Shown: piece by piece, positions 42,013 to 53,149 of the stretch
Position numbering within the stretch: the first letter of the stretch is position 1
How the letters are laid out: each line of letters starts with the position of its first letter
Program-made: the position numbers and the translations under genes
Assembly (NCBI GenBank): GCA_951406725.2
Contig: OX597820.1
Location: 24,986,001-25,050,000, forward strand
DNA from: Octopus vulgaris
Lineage: Eukaryota
Direction: 5' to 3'
Length of the DNA: 64,000 bases
The notes under the pieces: generated by a model
Database searches by the model: none
The model's input: only the letters and a program-made list of their open reading frames with translations
What the model was told of the DNA's origin: nothing

Positions 42013-45000
42013 CAACAAGCTTCCACACAGTTTCTATCAGCCAAATTCATTCACAAGGCATTGGACTACAGGGGAAGATAGTTGCCCAAGGTGCCACACA
42101 ATGGGACTGAACCCAAAAACTATGTGGTTGCAATTCAAGCTTCTTAACCACACAGCCATGCCCATTGTAAATGCTTCAATATCATTACATAAGTTACGGG
42201 TAATAACAACCATTTTGTTTTTATCTTTTACTTTTTTCAGTCATTGGACTGTGGCCATACTAGGGCACCATCTTCAAGTACACCAGTACTTATTTTACAT
42301 GAGCCTGATACTTATTCTATCAGTCTCTTTTGCCAAACCACTAAATTATGGGGACACTTGCTCAAGGTGCACACAGTGGGATCGAACCCAAATCTATATT
42401 TTTGGGAAGCAAGCTATTCAAACACGCAGCCATGCCTGCACCTGACTAATTTGTTAGAAAAACAAGTTGCAGTTGTTGTTTAACCCTAGTCAAGCCCAGT
42501 GGTAGAGAAGACTTATAACCAAGGACATACAGCCATCTCTTATATATATATAATGGACTACACTGTGGTTAGTGTGATCTTCTTCAAGTCATTAGGATGT
42601 GTATTGAAGGCAATCAGGCTGCTTGTTCTAGTAGATCAAGTAACTAGCACAGAGGCATGCTCTTTAGATTGAGAAAGAGGAGTCTGATAACAGAGGTGAA
42701 GACTCAACAGAAGACAGAATATTCATTAGAAAGAGAAAGGTAACATGATTTCAAGGTGTTAATGAAAGCTTACGTTAACATAGCCTGTGGTACATTTGTT
42801 GTAACAAATGGAATGGCACCAAGCTCTTTCAGGCACTGAAATAGAAATTTAGATATTCGATATCAGTTTAGTTGCACAAGACATTAGAAATTAGTTCATA
42901 AAGGAAAAACACATGAAGCAAATCTAATTCATTGTCTCAAGATAATTTAATACACAATAGATAATATGTAAGTGTGAATGCGTGCATGACTGTGCAGTGT
43001 GTGTGAGTGCGTATTACATACACACACCACACACAGGGTGCATCTGTTTTTTTAGGTCATTTGCATCAATTCAGAAAAAGGTGTATATTTGAAAACAAAT
43101 TGGTACAATTAGTCTTCAGAATCCTTTCATCACATCTATTCAATGAATCCAACATTAGCATAAAAAGGTGCTTCAATATGGGGTCTGATGTGCTGACATG
43201 CCCAAAAATCAGATGTCCTTTGTCATTTCTAGACATAGTGTTGGTTATATCAGACTCGAGAAACTGTATGGTATTGAAGGTGTAGATTGACTTCTCTCTT
43301 GAATATGCCCCATTTTTAATAGGCCAGTGGATTGAGGTCTGGTGAGCCAGGAGGTCACGTGCCTGGGAATGATCATATAGATTGTCACACATCCATACTT
43401 GGGTTGTCCAAACCTTATGAGATGGCACAGTCTTGTTGGAAGAAATACAGTGTGCCGGTGGCACATAAAAAGCACCAACCGATCGTGGCCGTTGCCAGTC
43501 TCCCTTGGCACCTGTGCTGGTGGCATGTAAAAAGCACCAACCGATCGTGGCCGTTGCCAGTCTCCCTTGGCACCTGTGCAGGTGGCATGTAAAAAGCACC
43601 CATTACACTCACGGAGTGGTTGGCGTTAGGAATGGCATCTAGCTGTAGAAACACTGCCAGATCAGACTGGAGCCTGGTGCAGCCTTCTGGCTTCCCAGAC
43701 CCCGGTTGAACCGTCCAACCCATGCTAGCATGGAAAACGGACGTTAAATGATGATGATGATGATGATGTTGCATTCTATACCTAACCAGACCTCGTAACT
43801 GTCTTCAATAGCAATGTCGATTCTTAAGCCCTGTGTAAAAAAGGGTAAAGGCATGACATCTACCTAATTGCAACAACTGCCAGAACCATCACTCTACATC
43901 CCTCAGCATAAAATTGCTCGCCTTTGGGTTTGCAGTCTTGAAAACTGCATGAGAACTTCACCAGTGTTGGTGGAACAAAAACAAAAATAGATGCAGTAGA
44001 GGCCATATAAAACTTGCTAAAGCAAACACTGGAGCACATTGCAGCCCTTGGCTCATCAAGTACTGTCATACCAATAGTAGTAGCAGTGGCGATGGCGACG
44101 ATGATAACAATGATGTTGATTTGCTTTAATCACTTGTCTTTGATAATGAGGAAATCCAAGCCTTTTGTTAATATTATCTCGTTCTACTATTGCCCGAGGT
44201 AGTAATTAACCTAGTTAAATTAATTGCAATGACTGAAATGTTTCCTGGATATAAAAATAATACAAACCTTAACGAGATTTGAATCTTCGGTGGCAGGTGG
44301 GTACAACAGGCTGGAACCTAACCCCCAAGTCATTCGAAGTCCCTGAATCAGTGAAAACAAAGGAAGGATGAGTACAATTATGGTGAGAACAGGGTTCAAT
44401 AACCATAGTAACAAGCATTTTAGTTCATTGTACAACACTAACAATCACAATCACATGTCAGAGAGTTTCTATGTGATTGTTTGACCTGCTGGGAAATCTC
44501 TATATATATAAAGCTGAAGTTGTCTGTGTATGGCAGGTTTGGTAGCCTTCAACTAACACTATCTCTTCCGAGACCCTGCAGTGCAAGTTGACCAAAATTG
44601 AGAGTATGATAGAAGAAGGCTTGCTCTTCCTTCCGTAGAAGATAAAATTCAAATCAGACCATGTTAACACCAAAAATTATTTACATCAAAAAGGTGCTTT
44701 TTTCTATGAAAATCCCTATTTTTTATGATTTTTTGATTGCTGTGTCGCCATTTTTCGGTGTATTTCAACCAGAAAAATGTTCACTTAAAGAGAATAACAA
44801 GCTACATAATACAAAATTTTTACTTTTCAAAAATTCCAATTCTAAAGGGTTGAAACAAACCCGAGCAATGCCGGGCGATACTGCTAGTAGAAGCTAAATC
44901 TCCTTCAAATTACACCTTGTTGTCTTAAAAGCTAAGAAATGACAAAAGGAATACTGTAATCCTAGATACACTGTGACAGGAGAAAAACAAAAGTAGGAAT

Positions 45001-46735
45001 ATCATGAATGGAACTTAGTGATCATAAAATTGCTATTGTTGTTTAGCTCCTGGTCAGCCTTGATCAAGCAGACTTATGGTCAAAGGCATTCTGGCCATGA
45101 CCATCTGATACTTTTACATATGAAGAACAACATAGTCAACCCCATTCTTCTTAATTAAAAATATTAGAGTATAATTTGAGAGTGATTTGTTGGTTACTTC
45201 TTGTAGGCTGAGTGACTGCAGAAATTACCTCATTGGTTCATATGGTAACATGTACTGCAGTCCAGTGGAGAATGTAGCAATGAAAATAACCAGCTTTTAA
45301 CCCAGGGATGAGGAAATTTTTTTCTCTCTTTTCTTCTATTCTTTCCTCTCCAATCCCACAATCCTCATTATGCTCATACATTATAGGCAATGACTGAGTA
45401 GACCTTTTCCAGAACAGCTCTCATTGCAGTTACCAAATATAACTGGTATTAACAGCCTTGATAACGAGTATTGGAACATCTACTTAGCCATTGTCAGTTC
45501 TTGAATGCTATTACCAACTATTATCTATGTTGGTTATAGGCCTACCTGTCCATACAAGCAAACTGTAGATTGAACAAGGTACTCCCATGGAACTGAGTTG
45601 TCTTAGAAAAGAGATTAAGATTCACTTCACAGTTGTATTGTAGCACAGTCACTAAACGAAGAAAAGTTACTAAAAATTAACTTTCAAATAAAAACCAACC
45701 TTGTGGAATATGGTTTCTTTCAGACTAATTGGAATTCCATGGAGAGGTTTGGTCACAGATGGTTGAGCATCACATTTCAGTGCTAATTCCTGAGTAAAAA
45801 ACAAATAAGATCATTAATACTTATTTTGCATTTAAACTATGATCTCTGATAGATCAAGGAAATGTTTATTGTATCATCATTGCTATATAAGTTAAAATCT
45901 AGAACTGAGGAAATTGTAGGTCTGTGTCAGTAAAAAATAATTCATGAAGGAGTATAAAAATTTAAATAAATGTGGTTACTACGAAGAGAGAAAGAGATCT
46001 GTACTTTCAGATTAAGGGTCTTTAATGAAGAAAGGAGGGTTCTGTGTGTTGTGGTTGAATTATAACCAGAAAGTCTTATTACAATATGGTTGTGTGGTTG
46101 ATAAGTTCCTTTGTAGTTGTGTAATTCCAAGTTCAATTCCACAACATGATATTTGGGTTAACATGTAAAAAAAGGAAGAACTCTGTAATTTTAAATTAAA
46201 GGTCTTTATTGAAGAAGGGAGAGTTCTGTGTGCTGTAGCTGAATTATAACCAGCATGGTACCTGGGACCAATGTCATCTACAGTTGTCTTGAGTCAATCT
46301 AGGCAACAGGTGAGTGCACATTTAAACATAAATGACAGCAGAGATCATTGAGTGTTGTTGGATCTGTATGCATACAAATATCTTATACTGGTTTCCTGAT
46401 ATGTGATCTACATAGATAGCAAGACTATCTTTTTGCAAATGTAATCAGCTCAGAGCTGTGGCCATGCTGATGCACCACTGTTTTGCTACACAGTTATTAC
46501 TGAGATCCTCCTCCAATATGTGGCACTTGATGAAGAATGGGGTTTGATGTAGCTACCCTCATTTGCACCTCTTGCCGTGAAGTAGGTTCATCTGAGACTC
46601 TCAACAGGAAGAGGTCCAGCTTTGATTATAGTAGATTATTTCGGTAACCATGGGAGCTATGTAATGTTTTGTGCAATTCCACCAAGCCATTTGACCATGA
46701 ATTCCAAGGCAAGAAAGAATTGCCCATGTCAAATT

Positions 46736-46780
<45 letters not shown>

Positions 46781-46964
46781 CAGGCTTCTTTCAGTTTCCA
46801 TCTACCAAATCCACTCACAAGACTTTGGTCAGCCTGAAGCTATAGTAGAAGACACTTGCCCAAGGTGCCACTCAGTGGGACTGAACCCAGAACCATGTGG
46901 TTGGGATGCAAGCTTCTTACCATACAGCCACTCATGCATGCATGCATGCATCCATCCATCCATC

Positions 46965-47015
<51 letters not shown>

Positions 47016-50000
47016 CAGTCATTTACAATACTCACTCAAAGCACACACACACACAATGTCAAGACAAAGAAGACCAATGGTCACGTACTCACTTTCAAAC
47101 ACACATACATATATACATCACAGGTACAAAATACAGATGAAGAAAGAACTGTAGACAGAAACAGTACAGGTAAGACTGGAAACAAACACAGGAATCTAGA
47201 GGAACACTGTATGGCATAATACATAGCAGACACATTGTGGTCTGCTTAGAAAACAAACACAGAATAGATCATGTTTCCTTACCTCAGCATCAGGAATTAT
47301 AGCAACAATGCAGTTGATTTTCTCTTGAGCTTCAAGTGCCTACAGCAGAAAAATCAGAGATTATTAATGCTAAATATAGGTTCATAACATTGGCAAAAGG
47401 ATGGTTGTTTTGAGTGGTTAGGTACAATCGCTTAACACAAACCTTCAGTATAAATGCAATATACCTTTTTACTTGTTTCAGTCATTTGACTGTGGCCAAG
47501 ATGGAGCATAGCCTTTAGTTGAGCAAATCGACCCCAGGACTTATTCTTTGTAAGCTTAGTACTTACTATCGGTCTCTTTTGTCGAACAGCTAGGTTACAG
47601 GGATGTAAACACACCAGCATCAATTGTCAAGCGATGTTGGTGGGACAAACACAGACACACAAACATATACACACATACATATATATATACATATATACAA
47701 AGGGCATTTTTCAGTTTCCGTCTACCAAATTCACTCACAAATCTTTGGTCGGCGCAAGGCTCTAGTAGAAGACACTTGACTAAGGCGCCACGCAGTGGGA
47801 CTGAACCCAGAACCATGCGGTTCATAAGCAAGCTACTTACCACACATCCACTCCTACGCCTATATGCTGATTTTTGTTCATAACTTTTCTCAGTTTGGTC
47901 AGAATTTGATTCTTGTAAATTATAAACAGACAAGCTTGGCTGTGTGATAAGAGGCTTTCTTCCTAACCACATAGTACTGGGTTCAGTTTCGCTGTGTAGC
48001 ACCTTGGGCAAGTGTCTTCTACTATGGCCTCAGGCCAACCAGCGCCATGTGAGTGGATTTGGTAGATGGAAATTAGAAGAAGCCTGTCATATATATGCCT
48101 CGGAGAATTTTAGTCAAAGGAATCAAAGCCACTATATATTTTCTTTGTAAAGCCTGATAGCTATTCTGTCGATCTCTTTTGCCAATTACTAAGTTACAGG
48201 GACATAAACACACCAACACTGGTTGTCAAGTGGTGATGGGGGACAAATACAGATCAGACACAAAGACACACACACATATTTATATATGTGTCTGTATGTA
48301 TACATATATACATACATTCCATCCTGTGCCTGTGAAATCTTGTATCCCTGCCGTAAGGCTTTACTTCCACACACGCCTGCTTAATTTAATTCTTCCTTGG
48401 TCGAAAGACACCTCTTGTTATGTACTGTTATTTGTATTTGTGTAACATTCTTTGTTTTTTTCCTGCCATTTTTTCGTATACATTCCATGCTTTCTTCCAA
48501 GGAATCAAATGTTCTTAGCTTAGTTTTTCTTTGGGGTTGACCAGATTGGAGCTATCTCGAGTATAACCAGCTGAAATTGCAAAGATAATCTGGAACTCGA
48601 CTGAGAAAAGAAAACTCCAAATGACCTGTCCTTGTTTTCTTTGTATCGCCTATCTGAATGCTTTGTTGTCCCATTTTTGTATCACCTAACTGTCTGAATG
48701 TTTTGCATTCTTGTCTATTTTGCATTTATATATATATATACATATACACATAGTCACAAACACACTTGATAGGTTTCTTTCAGTTTCCATCTACCAAATC
48801 CACTCACAAGGCTTTGGTCAGCCTGAGGCTATAGTAGAAGACACTTGCCCAAGATTCTATGCAGTGAGACTGATCCTGGAACCATGTGATTAGGAAGGAA
48901 ACTTCTTACCACACGGCCAGGCTTGCTCTTCCTTCCGTAGAAGAAAAAATTCAAATACGATCATGTTAACAGCAAAAATTATTTACATCAAAAAGGTGCT
49001 TTTTTTCTATGAAAATCCCTACTTTTTATGGTTTTTTTACTGTGGTGTCGCCATTTTTCGGTGTATTTCAACCAGAAAAATGTCACTTAAAGAGAATAAC
49101 AAGCTACATAATGCAAAATTTTTACTTTTCAAAAATTCTAATTCTAAAGGGTCAAAACAAACCTGAACAACGCCGGGTGATACTGCTAGTAGTGAAAAAA
49201 TTTTGAGTGGATATATTCAGGGAGTTAAAAACCAATTAATGAATGGCTTTAAAAAAAAAAACACAAGAAACATAAAATAAATAAAAATTTAACAACCTTG
49301 AACTGATAAGCACGAAGGACATCAATGGCTTTTAATGAGCGATCTTTGAGAAACTTCTGCAGATTGACAATATCCAGTGATAGAATTTTGTTCCTCATCT
49401 CTAAAGTCAGCTGAAAGAGAAGAACAGAAGGAAAATTAAATCTTGTATGGAAAAGAGTGAAAATAAGAAATGAGTTCCTTAATATTTCAAATATTGTTTT
49501 GTTTCCACCTTGAATTATGAATTTGATTCTTGACTCACTACGGAATTTGCTTCCTAGCCACATGCTTTCAGGTTCAATCTCACAGTGTGGCACCTTAGAC
49601 AAGTATCCTCTGCTACAGCCCCAGGCCAACCAAAACCTTGTCGATTGGCTTTGGTAGATAAAAACTGAAAGAAGCTTATCATATATCATCATCATCGTTT
49701 AAAGTCCGCTTTCCGCGCTAGCACGGGTTGGACGGTATATATTTAATATATATGTGTGTGAAGGCAAATGGTTCGGTGGTTAGAGTGTCAGACTCACAAT
49801 CATGAGGTAGTGAACTCAATTCCCCAACCAGGCTGTGTATTGTGTTCTTGAGCAAGACACTTTATTCCACATTGCTCCAGTTCACTCAGCTGTAGAAATG
49901 AGTTGCAACATCACTGGTGCCAAGCTGTATCGGCCTTTGCCTTTCTCTAGGATAACACTGGTGGCGTGGAGAGGAGAGACTGCTATGCATGGGCGACAGC

Positions 50001-53000
50001 TGGTCTGCCACAAACAACCTTGCCCAGACTTGTGCCTCGGAGGGGAATTTTCTAGGTGCAATCCCATGGTCATTCATGACCAAAGGAGGTCTTTTACTTT
50101 TTATATGAGTGTGTGTGTGTGTACACATGCACGTATGTGATGCTTTGCTTTGACTGTACATGATAGTTGTAAACAAATGTTACCATCATGCAAGCAGTGT
50201 CCTCCATTCATCTTCCATGAAGACATGTCTGGTTAAGGGAATTATTACCTTCCTTGGAAGCCAGTTGAGAAATGACAACAGGTAGGGCATGTGGCTATAG
50301 AACATCTGCCTCAACAAAATTCTGACTGACCCATTCAAGCATGGAAAAGTGAATGCTAAGGCAATGATGACAATGATGATGACAATGGTGAAGATGATAA
50401 TGACGATAAGCAACTTTATGGTAGGGTCAACTAAGTACTTTTTATAAAATTCTGCCCTTTCATTTGCTAGAAGAGAGCTTAATTTGAGTTGCCATTAAAT
50501 TTGAGTCACCATTAAATGTAAACCATTAAATCTTTCACCAGTTCCCTTTCTCTTTAGCACTTTCATCATGAGCCATTTTCTCTCTTTTCAGTGAATCAAC
50601 AAGAGAATCGCTATGCAGTCATTTAACCTGATAGAAGCAGTAACCAAATTTTCTTCAAATCACACTCTACAATCTTGCCTTTATAACCCCTAAAATATCT
50701 ATATGCAGAAACAATTATTTGTTGCTTTTTGTAAGCTTATTTAACACTAGGTAAACTTATCATCATCACCATCATCCTTGTTTAACGTCTGCCTTCCATG
50801 CTGACATGGGTTGGATGGTTTGACAGGAGCCGGTGCAAGCAGAAGACTGCATCAGACTTCTGTGTCTGTTTTGGCATGGTTTTTGCAGCTGGATTCTCCT
50901 CCTAACCTCAACCACCCCACAGAGTGAACTGAGTACTTTTTATGTGGCACCAGCCCAGGCAAGGTCAGTTTTGGCATGATCTTTGCAGCTAGATGCCCTT
51001 TCCAAATGCCAACCACTTCACAGTGTGGGCTGGATGCTTTTTACACAGCACCAACACTGGCAGGGTCACCAAGTAACTTTCAAGACAAAGATCTTTCCAG
51101 AGGGGTGGTGGCATTGCAGGAGCTGATTTGTCTCAGATGATGAAAGGTTAGAGTGTGACAGAGAGAGACAGACAGAAGCAGGTGTCTTGATATAAACTGC
51201 TTGGTGGAGGCGCAATGGCCCAGTGGTTAGGGCAGCGGACTCGCGGTCGTAGGATCGCGGTTTCGATTCCCAGACCGGGCGTTGTGAGTGTTTATTGAGC
51301 GAAAACACCTAAAGCTCCACGAGGCTCCGGCAGGGATGGTGGTGATCCCTGCCGTACTCTTTCACAACTTTCTCTCACTCTTACTTCCTGTTTCTGTTGT
51401 ACCTGTATTTCAAAGAGCCGGCCTTGTCACTCTCTGTGTCACACTGAATATCCCCGAGAACTATGTTAAGGGTACACGTGTCTGTGGAGTGCTCAGCCAC
51501 TTACACGTTAATTTCACGAGCAGGCTGTTCCGTTGATTGGATCAACCGGAGCCCTCGTTGTTGTAACCGACGGAGTGCTTCCACATAAACTGCTTGATAT
51601 GACTACATTTTATTACACACACACACACATATGCATATAATACCAAAATATCAATAATCATGCAAAACCTACCAGGTATTATAATTCCTTACACATAATA
51701 ATGTTTAAATGTAAAAAGTCCTTAGAGCTCATCCAACCTTTCTATTTCATCATTTTCTTTCCACAACAACAAAGTATTAAAAGCATCAAGGATTATAAAT
51801 AATAAGTGTTATAGGATTAAACAGAAATTAATACACTGGACAATATAATCCCTGATATACAAAAGCACAACAGTGACTTCTCATTTCCTGTGCTAATAAC
51901 CTATTACATGAAACAAGGGATGTGTTCAATAACTCACTTTAGTACAGGAGTCACAAAACATTAAACATTCATCTCTCCCCAAACACAACATATTTTAACT
52001 TGACTCTTATAAAATAACTAGTTTGGTTTAGGAAGCCTTTGAGAATTGCAAATCAACAATTTTAGAATGTAGATATGACTTCTCTACAAATATCTCATCA
52101 GTTACTATTAATGTTTCTTAACTGTCATTTTATTTGAAACTAGATTAAAAGCCACACTTTTAAAGCAGCTCCTGTGGAAGGCTAATTGGGCCCAAAACTG
52201 AAGAGAGCTAAATATCATGACTATAATACGTCTATAATGGCTATATGCCCCAGTGGTGTTTGATCAGAAGTTAAGGATAGATGAGAATTAATAATTCTGT
52301 AATGCAATCATTCTATTATTCCAGCCTGAATTTGAATTCCAACTGTTGGCTAATTTGTCCCAAAGTTCTTATCTCGACGTAAAATTAATAAAGCGAATGT
52401 CATTTATTTCCCCCCTTGATCTCTGACATCATCTGACAAACGCCACCAAGATGGTGTGAATCAGCCAAGCTTTACTTGTTAGAAATAGCAACCCAAATGC
52501 TTTTAATTCAGATCTCAATGCTGCATGTTCAAGAACCAAATGAAGAACAGATTTTCAATCCCAGGATCATTCTGATTCTGGAAAATGGATGTTAAATGAT
52601 GATGATGATGATGATGACGACGACAATAACAAGAATGATAGGAGAGAAAAAAGAAAAGCAAATAAGAGTAAAGGAAAAATCTATCTTTCTTCACTCAGTC
52701 GATCATTGGAACATACTGGAAGATTTCATTTATTTCCTGATCAAAGACATTCCGGCTGTGACCAACCCAACATTTATGTTCTTTCAGTAACATTAAATCT
52801 TGCATTGTTTTATTTTATTATTCAATAAGAAAGACAGAGAAAAGTGATGTGAGAGAAAAATAAATACAGAAAATTATATTTCAAATACTTACACCTGAAT
52901 TCTGTAGCCTTTGTTTTAGACATTTCAGCTGTTCTGCACGTTTAGAGCGGGCATCTCTCATAGCTCTTTTGACCTTTAGGTGCATGCGTACTCTGTTGAA

Positions 53001-53120
53001 TATAGTGAACAGAATAGCAGAACCTGACACAAATAGGATTGCATAAATGCTTGGTTCTAGATAAGTCTGCACCTCTTCGGGTATATAGAGATCATAGTAT
53101 TTCTGAAGTGCGTCTCCCAT
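13268..53120 (-). CDS. FAAH: Fatty-acid amide hydrolase-like gene (amidase signature family; FAAH1/VDHAP-like), 17 coding exons from Met at 53120, with two alternative last exons (586 aa via 18a, 584 aa via 18b)
   Basis: Manual splicing of GT-AG exons gives one continuous ORF. It has an N-terminal TM segment ([18 protein letters not shown]), [10 protein letters not shown] (catalytic Lys, K157), [12 protein letters not shown] (S233), [16 protein letters not shown] (nucleophile S257), [25 protein letters not shown] and GLPVNIQ. The triad matches rat FAAH K142/S217/S241. Confidence 0.93.
16968..17420. repeat. 59-bp TG-rich minisatellite, about 8 units
   Basis: Unit tgtgagttgtgttatgtgctttgggtgttgtgtggtgaccgtatcacatatttgtgttg; period 59 between 17036, 17095, 17154, 17213, 17272 and 17331. 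Confidence 0.9.
17779..17784 (-). terminator. Candidate polyadenylation signal (AATAAA) for exon 18a
   Basis: Plus-strand tttatt about 130 nt downstream of the 18a stop; absent at the homologous position of the 18b copy (tattattttt, about 13125-13135). Confidence 0.4.
17913..18041 (-). CDS. FAAH: FAAH terminal exon 18a ([42 protein letters not shown])
   Basis: tttctttgcag| phase 0, TAG at 17913-17915; GLP.NIQ and DEL.LR amidase C-terminal motifs. Confidence 0.9.
   Translation of the reverse strand, partial: SIPGSVGLPVNIQVVAPIYKDELVLRVVKEIDSELKVISTSV
19723..20115. repeat. Second array of the 59-bp minisatellite (about 5 units) plus UTR-like flank
   Basis: Period 59 at 19751, 19810, 19869, 19928 and 19987; flank matches about 17410-17512. 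Confidence 0.9.
20287..20420 (-). CDS. FAAH: FAAH exon 17 ([23 protein letters not shown]...CLKG)
   Basis: ttcttgacag| ... GGC|gtaagt, 134 bp, phase 1-0. Confidence 0.95.
22031..22139 (-). CDS. FAAH: FAAH exon 16 ([21 protein letters not shown]...PNFG), 109 bp
   Basis: gtttcag| ... A|gtaagt, phase 0-1. Confidence 0.95.
22775..23146 (+). mobile_element. Interspersed repeat with terminal hairpin (second copy about 35210-35556)
   Basis: Two homologous copies, both ending in tacctcc...gaggta hairpins; class uncertain (Helentron/DINE-like). Confidence 0.55.
23449..23488 (-). CDS. FAAH: FAAH exon 15 ([13 protein letters not shown]), 40 bp
   Basis: taattccag| ... GAA|gtgagt, phase 2-0. Confidence 0.88.
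25341..25384 (-). CDS. FAAH: FAAH exon 14 ([15 protein letters not shown])
   Basis: attttgtag| ... CA|gtgagt, 44 bp, phase 0-2. Confidence 0.85.
25931..26430. mobile_element. Head-to-head inverted pair of a tRNA-headed, hammerhead-bearing SINE-like (Penelope-tail) element
   Basis: The minus copy has an A box (26172-26182), B box GTTCGATTCC (26128-26137), (TAA)n, then CTGAAGA-stem-GAAAT-GTT-GTGTT (25976-26021). The plus copy is 5'-truncated from 26189 and has CTGATGA...GAAAC at 26304-26335. Confidence 0.65.
27670..27757 (-). CDS. FAAH: FAAH exon 13 ([14 protein letters not shown]...LFAYPF)
   Basis: ttttcttcag| ... TTT|gtaagt, 88 bp, phase 2-0. Confidence 0.85.
28457..28497 (+). ncRNA. Minimal type I hammerhead ribozyme motif
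   Basis: GCTA-CTGATGA-TGCTC aaag GAGGA-GAAA-T-ACGT-ATC^TAGC: stem I GCTA/TAGC, stem II with one G.G mismatch, palindromic ACGT loop III. Confidence 0.7.
31612..32001 (-). mobile_element. Non-autonomous Helitron
   Basis: 5' TC (A|TCTTTATATATAAA), 3' hairpin CCCGAGCAACGCCGGG then CTAG|T; A/T insertion site, no TSD. Confidence 0.8.
32246..32337 (-). CDS. FAAH: FAAH exon 12 ([11 protein letters not shown]...[10 protein letters not shown])
   Basis: gatttacag| ... AT|gtaagt, 92 bp, phase 0-2. Confidence 0.92.
33755..34085 (+). mobile_element. 3' fragment of REL-endonuclease non-LTR retrotransposon (R4/Dong-like)
   Basis: NKPGIVTKD...KITEKL...[12 protein letters not shown]...QQIVLLG resembles the C-terminal REL domain; adjacent to (TAA)/(GAT) repeats. 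Confidence 0.6.
34312..34437 (-). CDS. FAAH: FAAH exon 11 ([13 protein letters not shown]...ALEARGHT), 126 bp
   Basis: actttccag| ... ACG|gtaaga, phase 0-0. Confidence 0.95.
34548..34970 (-). mobile_element. (GAT)n-tailed retroposon family E (RTE-like 3' end). Others at about 12093-12255, 16260-16620, 24290-24945, 28725-28890, 43450-43768, 50760-51070, 53327-54210
   Basis: Shared 3' end ttaggaagggcatccagc...cccatgctagcatggaaa..ggacgttaaacgatgatg and internal tandem subrepeats. Confidence 0.8.
36836..36960 (-). CDS. FAAH: FAAH exon 10 ([14 protein letters not shown]...VEFQNH), 125 bp
   Basis: caattacag| ... CAT|gtaagg, phase 1-0; GPM motif. Confidence 0.95.
38040..38469. mobile_element. Degenerate Penelope-like fragment with inverted repeat
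   Basis: Arms about 38202-38290 and 38381-38469; decayed hammerhead on - strand (CTGAAGA-TGGC...GCCA-ctt-GAAAT-GGTT-GTA, 38167-38250); starts after (TA)n. Confidence 0.5.
39124..39988. mobile_element. Fold-back/MITE-like element with nested SINE
   Basis: Imperfect inverted arms about 39124-39250 and 39860-39988. Confidence 0.55.
39288..39630 (-). mobile_element. tRNA-derived SINE family C with 11-bp TSD. Others at about 11340-11580, 30510-30850, 36078-36305, 37140-37480, 49757-50098
   Basis: TSD taataacatta at 39277-39287 and 39631-39641; tRNA-like head tggctcagtggttagagc...gttcga. Confidence 0.88.
40242..40282 (-). CDS. FAAH: FAAH exon 9 ([15 protein letters not shown]), 41 bp
   Basis: caattacag| ... 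A|gtaaga; the only candidate I found with the required phase 2-1. Confidence 0.85.
41473..41679 (-). CDS. FAAH: FAAH exon 8, amidase signature (GGSSGG...GTDLGGSIR)
   Basis: ttcttttcag| ... GG|gtaagt, 207 bp, phase 2-2; both catalytic serines present. Confidence 0.97.
42774..42835 (-). CDS. FAAH: FAAH exon 7 ([21 protein letters not shown])
   Basis: tctatttcag| ... AC|gtaagc, 62 bp, phase 0-2; GAIPFV.TNVPQ motif. Confidence 0.95.
43040..43450 (-). mobile_element. Decayed Tc1/mariner transposase C-terminal fragment
   Basis: Minus strand tga cct cct ggc tca cca gac ctc aat cca ctg gcc tat = [12 protein letters not shown] (WPPxSPDLNP motif). Confidence 0.65.
44268..44342 (-). CDS. FAAH: FAAH exon 6 ([25 protein letters not shown])
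   Basis: gattcag| ... AAG|gtttgt, 75 bp, phase 0-0. Confidence 0.92.
44497..44887 (+). mobile_element. Non-autonomous Helitron
   Basis: A|TCTCTATATATA start; ccgagcaatgccgggcgatactgCTAG|T end. Confidence 0.8.
45700..45789 (-). CDS. FAAH: FAAH exon 5 (ELALKCD...[16 protein letters not shown]), catalytic Lys
   Basis: ttttactcag| ... AAG|gttggt, 90 bp, phase 0-0. Confidence 0.95.
47283..47339 (-). CDS. FAAH: FAAH exon 4 ([19 protein letters not shown]), 57 bp
   Basis: ctgctgtag| ... GAG|gtaagg, phase 0-0; amidase NC motif. Confidence 0.9.
48920..49189 (+). mobile_element. 5'-truncated copy of the 44.5-kb Helitron
   Basis: Aligns with 44618-44887 and ends in tactgCTAG|T. Confidence 0.75.
49297..49410 (-). 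CDS. FAAH: FAAH exon 3 ([12 protein letters not shown]...VLRAYQFK), 114 bp
   Basis: tctctttcag| ... AAG|gttgtt, phase 0-0; FAAH-like VLRAY motif. Confidence 0.9.
51204..51584 (+). mobile_element. tRNA-derived SINE family D with 12-bp TSD. Others at about 20495-20838, 55695-55995, 57097-57395
   Basis: TSD ataaactgcttg at 51192-51203 and 51585-51596; head tggcccagtggttagg...ggtttcgattccc. Confidence 0.88.
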
Positions 53121-53126
53121 CTTTCC
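52893..53126 (-). CDS. FAAH: FAAH exon 2 ((GK)MGDALQKYY...LQNSG), contains TM anchor
   Basis: Acceptor tttatttccag|GGAAAGATG, donor GGT|gtaagt; hydrophobic stretch followed by basic residues. Confidence 0.85.
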
Positions 53127-53149
53127 CTGGAAATAAAGACATATGTTAA

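Noticed and set aside
51204-51285. tRNA-like sequences (here and in other SINE heads) as tRNA genes
   Set aside because: They continue into SINE bodies, have target-site duplications and many decayed copies; no clean cloverleaf with terminator.
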